DNA of 64,000 nt from contig OX597817.1 of NCBI GenBank assembly GCA_951406725.2, positions 15,624,001-15,688,000 on the forward strand. The letters run 5' to 3'. The translations under genes were made by a program, and so were the position numbers. The notes under the pieces were generated by a model. It worked only from the letters and a program-made list of their open reading frames with translations. It was not told where the DNA came from and did no database searches. The DNA is from Octopus vulgaris (Eukaryota). This document shows, in pieces, positions 53,225-64,000 of the stretch; position 1 is the stretch's first letter, and every line of letters begins with the position of its first letter.

Positions 53225-54110
53225 GGTTTGCCTCTGGTTCTGCTGCCTACCACTTCTGCCTTCATCACCCTCCTTACCATCCACTCCTCATCCATCCTCT
53301 CCATGTGGCCAAACCATATCAAAATTCGTCTATACAATTTAGTTGTTAGTTTTTCTTTCGTTCCTGCTCGCCTTCGCACCTCCTCATTCCTCATTCTGTC
53401 CATCCGTGTCACACCAACCATAGCCCTCAGACAACTCATCACAAATACATCCAGTCGCCTTCTTTCCGCCTTTCTCAGCCCCAACGTCTCTGCACCATAT
53501 AACATCGTCGGCACAATCTCGCTCTCATACACACCACTTTTCGCTTTCATACTCAACCTTTTCTCTCTCAGCACACCTTTCACAACTCCAAGTATCTTAA
53601 TCCCCTCCCTCACTCTGTATCCCACTTCCTCAGCCAACCCCATCCGCCGTCACATGTAATCCTAAATACTTAAAAATACTCACCTCCTCTGACATTTCAC
53701 CATTTATACTCACATCCATCTTACCAGCCCTTCCATCTCTCGAACATCTCATCACCTTACTCTTAGTTACATTCACTTTCAGTTTCCTCCTCTCACACAC
53801 TCTTCCAAACTCTACCACTAGTCTCCTCAGATGCTCTTTCGAATCCGCCACTAGTGCTGTATCATCGGCAAACAACAACTGACTCACCTGCCACTTCTTT
53901 CCATTTTCTCCCACCATTTGGGCTCCCCTACCAATGATTCTAGCCACTCTCACCACACCATCCAATAATAAATGAAATAGTCATGGAGACATCATGGAGA
54001 CAACCCTGTTTTAATCCCACCTTCATATCAACCTTACACACCACTTACTTCATCACTCACGCCCTACTGTCTCTATAAAAACTCTGAACAGCTCTCAACA
54101 ATCTACTATG
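53225..54110 (-). mobile_element. RTE-clade LINE RT fragment
   Basis: LLFADDTALV, FKYLG, PTMLYGAET, WFGHMERM. Confidence 0.88.
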
Positions 54111-55239
54111 ATGCTTGAAGTGTAAGTGTGTAACCCAGAAATCTGTGTAGAAATCAATTGTCCCATCAATAGGTAAATAATGTTATTGACACCAGGAGAG
54201 GAAGAGGTGACGATTGTGAATCCAATAGCCTATTCACAAGCAATTGTACGTCAGCAGTAAAATGCAGGCAAACTATGACTGCAATTCAATCTTGCGTTGG
54301 ACTCACATCACTTCCATTATTGATATGCTTAGGAAAAGAGTATAATTGTTACAATTTCTCCTTTTCTCTTTTCTCAAATATCAAAACACTGCTGTCTGTG
54401 GGCTGCGTATGACTTCTTATTAATTATGCATTATAAATTTAATATGAGAATACTGTGGCTCACAAGCCATAACACTAAATCTCCCATAAATACTAAAGTT
54501 TATATAGATTACTGGAGCTCTACATATATGCTTTATATATTCATATGTTTTTATTAACTCAGCCATTTGTGACTTACTTCATGCATACGAAACAATTTTT
54601 ATACTAACAAAGATATCTCAGATTTTATTCACATTTTAAGATTTATCCAGAGTAACAGAGACCTTTAAACCACTGTCCAATGAGATCATACAACTTTTGC
54701 CTTCGTATTACAAAGAAACAAATCAGTGTAAATAGTTCTTGCACTGCACTAACTTATGTATAAGCACAACGCAATGATGTTAGCACTCACAATTTCCAAT
54801 GGCCTCTCATAGCCATCTCACTAGACTTGCTTTCCAGAGCTAGAAAATAGTTCCTCTCAAAACGGATTCTGATCCTCTAAAATGCTCAAGTGCAGTACAC
54901 ATTGAGTACCGGTTTTATATTAGTGACATCCAATATAGATCACACTGATGATGATTTGAAAAGACTAACTCAACATGCTGTACCCACTGGACACACGTAC
55001 AGTGTTTTACCTCTCTACCTCTTCACCTCCTACCGTAGCAGCCCCCTGTCTGTGTTAGAAGGCTGCTTACACTCTCTATATTACATATCCTTTTATCATT
55101 ATTCTTAATAAGTCAAACACTTTATCTCACAAAAGCCATGCTAAAGATGCCGCATATTCATTTCTTTCCCTGAGATCAGTTTCTCTTGGAAATTCACTCC
55201 CTACTCATGCTTGAATTTGTTGATAATGATTTTATTGTT

Positions 55240-55449
55240 TTACGGAGATGTACTTGCATAGCGAGTGACTTGATCTGAGATCGTGTGCTGGAACGAAAAC
55301 AATTGCAGCATGGAAGGTGTTTATAAGCCATTTAAGAAACACACAAAACCGTTAGATTCACTTCAACATTTAAATTTAATTTGCCAAAATATTTTCGTCG
55401 CTTTGAGACCGCAACCTGTTCACTGACAAAACTTCGTGCTGCATCTCAC
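55240..55449. mobile_element. 210-bp insertion with 12-bp TSD
   Basis: GATTTTATTGTT at 55228-55239 and 55450-55461. Confidence 0.6.
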
Positions 55450-56390
55450 GATTTTATTGTTGTTGCTGTTATTGATTTGTTGTTGATCTTGTTGTTTAAA
55501 TCCAAGCCACTAGTGATCCAGCGGACCTATTGTTAGACGTGTTCCAGTCATGATCATCCTGTAGTTTTATGTGTAAGACTACATAGTCTTCTACCGTCCT
55601 TCTCTTTTAAAGGCGATAGAATACCACGTGAAGATTTGACTCCTATTTCAAGCTAAATAATTAAAAAATAATAATCAATCTTAAATATTATCATGAGTAA
55701 CTTTCAAAATTTTCTCGTTATTTCTTCTTTTTTTTTTAGATAAAAATGGTCCAAGTTAAGAAGCTGTGTATGACTTTTGTTATAATTATTATAATAATGT
55801 TTATTGCAAGACTACCGTTAAATTTTCAAAGTGAGTTATTTCATATCCTTTAATATACTTTATAATTTTATGCTTATGTATATTTCTGTTTCATCCTTGT
55901 TTTATCTTACAGGATTAGCCGTTTCTGTAAATCCAAGCATCTTATTGTATTATTGTTGATGTTTAGGGAAGTACTTGTTATCTCCGACTAAAATATTTGA
56001 AAGAAACGTGTAAAGTTCACTGACACTGCTACTCCCAAAGTATTAATTACAGAACTGTGATATGATATGATCAGAAACCTTGTGTAGTAGTTGCCAGATC
56101 AATCCAGCATTCTTACATTGAAACGTTATCTTGACTAACATAATTTAAGAATTTTGAAATGCATTGTCATCTAATTAACATAGCCTTTAAACATTCATTT
56201 GTAGGTGTTGAGTATTGTACATATCACCAACAACACTGCATAGTTAAGGTTGGATCATTCCCAAAAATATTCAGAAAGGAAAAGAATTGGATGCAGACAT
56301 CCAGTAATATGGTGTGTGTGTGTGTGTAGGGGGATGTGCATATGTGTATGTGTGTATATATATACATATATGTATGCGCGTGTGAGAGTG

Positions 56391-56440
<50 letters not shown>

Positions 56441-56499
56441 TGTATGCTGAATGCCATCCCCTTCTCCTTGTTTCCACCCGCTTCCCCTTTCATTTCATT

Positions 56500-57410
56500 A
56501 CAATTGACACTGTCAGTGTAGATATAATGAAAGGTAGGACTGACGAGATTGTTGAGATGCTTGAATAGAGGAATGTCAATGTATGTTGCATTCAAAAAAT
56601 AAGGCGGAGGGGAGCTTCAGCCAGGTTCCTCACAGGCAAAAACATTCTGGGAAAGCCACAATGACGGAATACATGGTGTGCGCATTTTTCTAGCAGAGAA
56701 ATGGGTAGATAAGGTGACTGCGGTTGACAGAATGAGCAATAAAATACTTAAGCTTAGACTAGTTTTTCAAAGTAGTACAGCAACAATTATTTCTGTTCAT
56801 GCCTCTCAACCGTGTCTGCCAAATGAACAGAGAGAGCAATTTTATGATATTCTTTTGCAGAGTACCTCAAGGCAAATGACAGTGACCTTATCTTGTGGTT
56901 GGTGACTAAAATGAACATGGATAGCATCCTGGTGGTGTACGAGGTGGCCATGAAGTTGGTTCCTGTACTGGGGAGAGAACAAGGCTACTGGAGTTTAGTG
57001 ATGCAAATAACTTAATGATCTGTAACGCCAATTTCGGGAAGCCAACCAATTGCCTGATGACCAATCGATCTGGTGAACAACCTAGCCAGATTGTCTACAT
57101 TATCACCAGAAAGCGGATTACACGGTTGCTCATAAATGCAAAGGTGTTCCCGGGTGAAGAATGTACCCCTCAACACAGGTTCGTCATTAGCGACTTCAGA
57201 CCTCAGGCTAGAAGGATTTCAAAGCGCAGATGAGTCTGGAAAAGAAGGGTTTGGAAGCTTATCCTTTGAATAGTCAGAGATATAGAGACGTCCTAATTGA
57301 ACATTTGACGAGAAGGAGGAGGAGTTACAGAAATCTAACATAGAACACAACTTGAAATTCCTATGGAACAACTTACTAAGGGCCACAGACCAGATTTGTG
57401 GCTCATTGTT
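56500..57410 (+). mobile_element. RTE-clade APE endonuclease remnant
   Basis: EIVEMLE..VCCIQK..GVRIFLAEKWVDKV..IISVHASQ..TPQHRFVISDF. Confidence 0.8.
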
Positions 57411-57419
57411 GGTGGTAGT

Positions 57420-57685
57420 ATTGAGGTTTTCACTTGGACATACCACCAGTATTCCTTTTTATTATAAGTAGCTATGGCTTCCACCATTCTGTGGGCTCTT
57501 ATTTCCTTGTCCTCAGGGTTATCCTTCCGACGGATCTCAATATAAAGTGTCCTAGCTACAACATCATGTCTCATAAGTAGACATTTTCAGACAACTGCTT
57601 ACGATGTGGGTGATATATTCGGTGTTAACTCCACAAAGTCTGCATCGGTTGACACATTTTACTGCTTTCCTGCATCTCTGCCCCA
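57420..57685 (-). mobile_element. RLE element fragment (same family as 12921-13670)
   Basis: RHDVVARTLY.EIRRKDNPE; 5' end abuts (TATG)n. Confidence 0.78.
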
Positions 57686-57820
57686 TGTATGTATGTATGT
57701 ATGTATGTATGTATGTATGTATGTATGTATGTATGTATGTATGTATGTATGTATGTATGTACGTATTATGTATGTACGTATTATGTATGTATGTGCATTC
57801 TATATATCAAGCCCAAGTGT

Positions 57821-58433
57821 GAGAACGTCAGGTCAGGGTCCTTGAACGTTTTCATTAGAGATGTCTCAGACACATTCTTAATGTTGGCTGGACCTCAAAA
57901 ATTCCAGACACACAGATCCTGAGGACAGCTGATATCTTGAGTATTGAGGCGATAGTACACAAGCACCGGTTGCGTTGGACTGGACACCTTATTAGAATGG
58001 AGGATAGAAGGATTCCTAAGCAGATGCTCTATGGAGAACTTGTGAATGGAAGGAGACTCCGACAGAAACCAAGGCTGCGATTTAAGGACTGTGTCAAGTC
58101 CTCGTTAAAGGCCTTTGATATGCAGGACACTGACTGGGAGAACAATGCCTGTCATCGCCACAGATGGAGGAAGCAGGTTAAGGAGGGGACCGACACTTTT
58201 GAGAGAGCACGTATCCAGCATGAAGAACTTAAGCGAGCTGCGCGAAAGCGCACGGCTCGTATAGTGAATGGGGAAAGCTTGGTCTGCAATGTTTGCAGTC
58301 GTGTATGCTTGTCAAGAGCAGGGATCATTAGCCACCAACGGAGCCGCAAATGCAAAATATAAGTTAGTCCTAGAGCACACAATGTTCCTGAAGGTCGGCA
58401 ATGGTCTTCCTCGGTCACGAGTGGACGGCCATC
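57821..58433 (+). mobile_element. 5'-truncated RTE (BovB-like) LINE
   Basis: RLRWTGHLIRMEDRRIPKQMLYGEL..RFKDCVK..CNVCSRVC..SHQR; 34-bp TSD. Confidence 0.9.
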
Positions 58434-59052
58434 ATGTATGTGCATTCTATATATCAAGCCCAAGTGTATTTGTCTACATCACTGTCTCCATATCAGCTCA
58501 CCCGGATTTCTCTCATAGCCCCTCTTTACGCCGCAGGCCCAGTCCTCGATAAAGGCTTCGGAATGTAAGTTCAAATCATTTGAGCATCACTTAAGCATTA
58601 CAACGTGCTTTCTATACTGAACATCTTTGGATCGTATCTGATGACTCTATATATACATATAGGAGTACAAATCTACTATACAGAAACTGATGTGAAATTA
58701 TCTGTAATTATAATGTAAATTCTTTTTAAAATTTAAATATTTCAGTACAGCGTCAATATTAAATGTTTTACTTCAATAACTATTTTAATATGATTCCAGG
58801 TACTGTAACACGTCTGCAATTAATAAAAAATAAATTCAATGGAACCAAGGTAAGGTTTTCTCAGATTTTTTCTCAACATATCTAAGTAGAAAATAAGCTA
58901 GATTATACATAAAATATTTAAGTACATATTATTTGCAATGATAATGACGACGACGATGATGACAACGACCGACGACGGTAACGATGTCATCGTCGTGATG
59001 ATGATATCTAACAAATGAATTACGCACATGATTTACGAGAGAATATAATGAA

Positions 59053-59449
59053 TCTTTATATATAAAAGTCAAGTTGTGTGTCTGTCTCCTACGATTTAGA
59101 TTCCTAACTACTCCCACATTTTGCGGTGCAGTTTAACCAAAACCGGGTATCTTATAGTCGTGATTCATATCGAGCCCTTCTGGGTATTAGCGCGCGTTTA
59201 CGATGAGTCTACGATTTAAAAAAATTTACCATCATTATTTTCCATTTTAATGCATTTTCGCTCGGTTTATATAAGGGAAGTAACTCTCTAAAAATGTCTA
59301 CGATGAGTCAACGATTTAAAAAAAAAATTACCATCATTTTTTTTCCATTTTTTAATGCATTTTTTTGCTTTTTTTGGCTATAACTCTCTAAAAATACTTA
59401 TATAGTTATTTCCCTTACAAACCCGAGCAACTCCGGGCGATACTGCTAG
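59053..59449 (+). mobile_element. non-autonomous Helitron with internal duplication
   Basis: Same termini as 50875-51184. Confidence 0.85.
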
Positions 59450-59522
59450 TTATATATAAACCTAGAATTTGGTTGGACCTATGTTATCAACACTGAAAAA
59501 GATCAAAAGCAAAGTCCTAATT

Positions 59523-59600
59523 CAGTGGTTCCCAAAGTGGGCGGTATTGCTCTCTAGGGCAGTGGAAAGATCCAAGGTGGAGGGGTGGCTGAAGAAGTAG
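59523..59600. mobile_element. possible hAT terminal remnant
   Basis: CAGTGGTTCCCAAA resembles a hAT TIR; partner end not found. Confidence 0.35.
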
Positions 59601-59926
59601 AGGGCGTTGAAGAAGTATGTGACGATAACAGAGTGGCCAAAAGGGGGTGATCAATAGCAATGCCTGCCTCTATGTTTGAATGGTACGTGTCTAAAAATCC
59701 ATCTGAAAAATGTTCCAACAGAACTAACTTCAACGAATAACAAAGAACAAAAATAAGTTTATCGAACTCCAAAAGTTTACTTGCAAAGCTGGTCATAAAA
59801 TTCTCAAAAGAATTCCCTACAAAGACGAAAACGGGACACTGAAGAAAAGCAATGTCAACAACAACAACAACAACAATAATGATGATAATAACAACAGCAA
59901 CGACAAAATGAAAAGAAGATATACAT

Positions 59927-60098
59927 AGGCGCAGGAGGGGCTGTGTGGTAAGTAACTTGCTTACCAACCACATGGTTCCGGGTTCAGTCCCACTGCGTGG
60001 CATCTTGGGCAAGTGTCTTCTACTATAGCCTCGGGCCGATCAAGGCCTTGTGAGTGGATTTGGTAGGCGGAAACTGAAAGAAGCCTGTCGTATATATG

Positions 60099-60137
<39 letters not shown>

Positions 60138-60330
60138 ATCTGTGTTTGTCCCCCTAGCATTGCTTGACAACCGATGCTGGTGTGTTTACGTCCCCGTCAC
60201 TTAGCGGTTCGGCAAAAGAGACCGATAGAATAAGTACTGGGCTTACAAAGAATAAGCCCCGGGGTCGATTTCCTCGACTAAAGGCGGTGCTCCAGCATGG
60301 CCGCAGTAAAATGACTGAAACAAGTAAAAA
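59927..60330 (+). mobile_element. SINE family S
   Basis: Full length; an older inverted relative follows at ~60358-60555. Confidence 0.92.
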
Positions 60331-60989
60331 ATATATATATATATATATATATATATTTCTTTCATTCTGCGGCCATGCTGTGGCACCACCAAGCTAGGGC
60401 ACCAGCTTGAAGGGCTTTAGTCGAACAATTCGACCCTACGGCTTATTTTTCAAAGCTTATTCGCCTGTTTTGCTGAACCGCTCAGTTGCTGGAACGTAAG
60501 CACAGCAATACTGATTGTCAAGCGGTGGTGGGAGCCAAACATAACCGCATACACATGTATGTGTGTGTGTGTATTAAGGCTACCATTGGTTTTATGTTAA
60601 GAAAAATATCTTAATATCATAACAAGTTGTCAAGCACGATCATAAAAACACAAACTCTGGTTGAATTCGAGAGACTCTCTTAAAAGCATCAATAAATCAA
60701 GGGGCGCTACTCTTGGATGACATATTTTGAGTGATTATCTCCCTTGGGTTTGACTTTTGGGCAAACAGTTTTTGGGCATGCTGGATGGTAAATTTGTTTG
60801 CATTATCTTATATTATATTCTAGGTGTGTATGTTTGTGCGCTGAGGTAGTTAGTTATGGGATATATTTATTCTGTGAGTGGAGTTCGTGTGTTACGTATA
60901 TTCAAATTTCGCATTCAGGAAAGGAGCTATCCTGGTGGAATTAGCGGCGCTGGTAGTGGTTCCTCTTTGAAATGTTTAAGTGTGAAATA

Positions 60990-61437
60990 TTGCTTGTGTA
61001 TGGAAGGAGACAAGATTTCATCCACAATATTTAGGATGTTATCTGTTGACTATGATATTTAATTTTTCAATGATACAGAGATCATATTTGGTATTCCATC
61101 CTCTGTATTTTCTAGCTTTAGCAGTGATGTTCCACTTTATCTGGGAATTACTTATTTTACCTTCTTTCAATGTTCATATCATACAGGATAGGGATGTTGC
61201 GGGGATTTTCTTTTCGTTCATGAATGACGCCGGGTGTTGTGTATACCTTTCCTTGAACAAGTTGCCCGTCATTCCGTCTTTGTTACTCCCTTGGAATCCG
61301 TGATTTTGGCCTTGTACACAAGTTCTTTTCCGAGACAGTTGTTGTTTAGAGGGCAGCGGTTTGGAGATCTGCAGTTACATTGTCTTTCGGGGGTGTTTCT
61401 GGTGTATTCATTTTTGTTATGGTTGAGTATTATTGAC
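60990..61437 (-). pseudogene. PLE GIY-YIG remnant, type 1
   Basis: QCNCRSPNRCPLNNNCLGKELVYKAKI..GMTGNLFKERYTQH..IKWNI..DLCIIEK. Confidence 0.82.
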
Positions 61438-61660
61438 CCTGTATATTCTCTTTATTTAATCTTTGTTGTATAGAGATTGTTTCCTGGCACTGGTAGATGG
61501 AGAAAATCTTGAAGTTTGTTTGGAAATTCCCCGCATATTTCTTTATATGTTCGCTCAATGCTATGTTGGCCTTATATCTTGGGAAATGAATCTGTTCCTT
61601 ATGCAGTGTCGTTCTCTGTCTAAGTGACATGACATCCTTATTGGCCTATATAGTTGTGCT
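61438..61660 (-). pseudogene. PLE GIY-YIG remnant, type 2
   Basis: NYIGQ..MSLRQRTTLHKEQI..LSEHIKK..FKIFSIYQC..RLNKE. Confidence 0.7.
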
Positions 61661-61704
61661 CACTTATGTATGTATATATAAACACACACACACAAACTCA
61701 TGTA

Positions 61705-61754
<50 letters not shown>

Positions 61755-61924
61755 TATACATGTACCAAATCCCTAGTACTAGACGCGAGTCTCCAGTTAA
61801 GCTGCTCTGCATACCACTTACTATTGACCACCTTTGATGGCAATGTCAAGTACCCGTGCGTGTGTGTATACGTTTATGTATTTTTTTTTTTGCAAGATTC
61901 CTTATGTGCGTTATATTTCGATAT

Positions 61925-62329
61925 TGTTATATTTCGGGAGTGTAATTGCTTTTCTTTGTCCTTATAAATGCTTGCACTACGTATTCGTTCTTCACTTCAG
62001 CTTTATTATTGTTCTTATCTTTGTCTTAGATCTTTCGTCACACATCCTGTAACCTCTTCGGCGACTCTCCAGCCTACGTGTGTCCCCACTGTGTTCTTTT
62101 TAGTCTATTCTGTGTTTCCTCCCGTTCTGTTTAGTCCACAGAAAGACAGAATAGACTAAACAGAACTGGAGGAAGCACGTAGAATGGAGAGTCGCTGAAG
62201 GGGTCATAGGAGGTGGAGCGAATGATTTAAGACAAAAGACTCAAAAATAAGAACAATAGTATGAAATGAAGAATGAATATATAATGCGTGTGTTTAGTTG
62301 GCAAAAAAATGATACTCCAAAATATAACA
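61925..62329. mobile_element. foldback MITE with ~190-bp imperfect TIRs (TGTTATA..TATAACA)
   Basis: Arms 61925-62118 and 62141-62329 are reverse complements. Confidence 0.75.
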
Positions 62330-62425
62330 ACGTGTGTGTGTGTATACAGGGAGAGAGAGAGGGAGAGAGAAAAGAGACGGCAAGAGAAAGAGAGATGGAG
62401 AGAGAGAGATGGAGAGAGAGAGATG

Positions 62426-62482
<57 letters not shown>

Positions 62483-62799
62483 AGAGAGAGAGAGAGAGAT
62501 TACTTTCACTAAAGAAATAATTTTTTTTTTAAATAAAAACTATTTTGACTTCCATGAATGAAATTCTTCATATTTTCTATAATTTGGTATTCTGACTTTT
62601 GTTCTAATTTATTTAACCCCATTTTATGAATGTAATATTAATCTTTGTTGGTACATTTGTTTTAATAATAGGCCTGTCAAAACAGACTCGTACATTGATT
62701 AAAATAACAGTTAGGTTCTATTCTGTTTGGTTGCCGCTTTTCAATTTCTTCAATTGATTTCATATTTGGTGCATTGAAGTAACTTTGTATGATAATTAT

Positions 62800-63415
62800 T
62801 CGTTTCTACTCTAGGTACAACGCCCGAAATTTTGAGGGAAGGGGCCAGTCGATTAGATCGACCCTAGTACGCAACTGGTACTTAATTTATCGAGCCCGAA
62901 AAGAAAAAAGGCGAAGTCAACCTCGGCAGAATTTGAAATCAGAACGTAAAGACAGACGAAATAGTGCTAAGCATTTCGCCGGGCGTGTTAACGTTTCTTA
63001 TTTCTTTATTGCCCACAAGGGGCTAAACACAGAGGGGATAAACAAGGACAGACAAACGGATTAAGTCGATTACATCGACCCCTGTGCGTAACTGGTACAT
63101 AATTTATCGACCCCGAAAGAATGAAAAGCAAAGTTGATCTCGGCGGAATTTGAACTCAGAATGTAGCGGCAGACGAAATACCTATTTCTTTACTACCCAC
63201 AAGGGGCTAAACACAGAGAGAACAAACAAGGACAGACAAACGGATTAAGTCGATTGCATCGACTCCAGTGCGTAACTGGTACTTAATTTATCGACCCTGA
63301 AAGGATGAAAGGCAAAGTCGACCTGGGCGGAATTTGAACTCAGAACGTAACGGGGGACGAAATACGGCTACGCATTTCGCCCGGCGTGCTAACGTTTCTG
63401 CCAGCCCGCCGCCTT
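62800..63415 (-). mobile_element. SINE family M, three tandem units
   Basis: Repeated core and tail. Confidence 0.88.
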
Positions 63416-63719
63416 GTTTACAGTTTGATATTAGAACACGTGCAGCTAACAACAGGCATATCAAAACAATTGACCAACTCAGAAATTTAAAGCACGCTCA
63501 GAATAGTTCCTCTCTATTATTCATATTGAGTGTGCTTTAATTTCCGACTTATGGACAACTAACTGATTAGTTATATATCACCTTTGATACGGGGAGTATC
63601 GCAATAGGCAACTATATAGCTTGTATTTTTATAGATGCATTTTTAGCTGTGCTACTCTTAAACACTCGTGAAAAGCAAGTCCAAAGGATATCTGTATAGT
63701 CTCAGCTCAGTTCAACTCA

Positions 63720-63875
63720 TGCTCTTCTTCGATGGAGTCATCCCAAGTTAGAGGTTCCAGCAGTGTCACCGTCCATAGTGCCGACCAGGTCTACCAGTGC
63801 CTTCCATTTCAAGTGGTCCCATGCCTGTCCCTTGACTTTAATTCTCAGATCTTTTTTAATCGCGTCCAGCAATAT
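63720..63875 (-). mobile_element. possible RTE 3' remnant
   Basis: LDAIKKDLRI..AWDHLKWKALV. Confidence 0.4.
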
Positions 63876-64000
63876 TTGGTGAAATTTATAACATTCTGAC
63901 TAGTTATATGCCATTACGAGTAATATATTATTTGATGATATAAAAATATATCTACTATAGCACTTACTTTGAGTGAGCTTTTATTTCTGACTTAAGGACA

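Noticed and set aside
55913-56060. Exon after strong acceptor TTTTATCTTACAG
   Set aside because: All frames stop within ~80 nt, no good donor, no recognisable peptide.

Overview
AT-rich, repeat-saturated animal genomic DNA with no confidently identifiable host gene. The SINE families, microsatellites and retroelements look like a coleoid cephalopod (Octopus-like; inferred from repeat content). Contents: four tRNA-type SINE families; many degraded R4/Dong-clade (RLE) non-LTR retrotransposons stacked in (TAA)n and (CATA)n microsatellites; RTE, Gypsy-like and Tc1/mariner remnants; Penelope-like element (PLE) fragments with several hammerhead ribozyme motifs; a full-length Chapaev3-like DNA transposon; two non-autonomous Helitrons; foldback MITEs; a 53-copy 50-bp satellite; and a 6.7/8.5-kb tandem duplication. 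The most interesting leads are (i) two non-coding RNA structures supported by compensatory base changes between diverged copies, one in a PLE-adjacent repeat and one duplicated in an R4 5' UTR; (ii) an RLE family that appears to target (CATA)n; and (iii) a ~600-bp non-coding element that rides (TAA)n sites. Most long ORFs in the track are microsatellite artefacts. All folds and alignments were done by eye.
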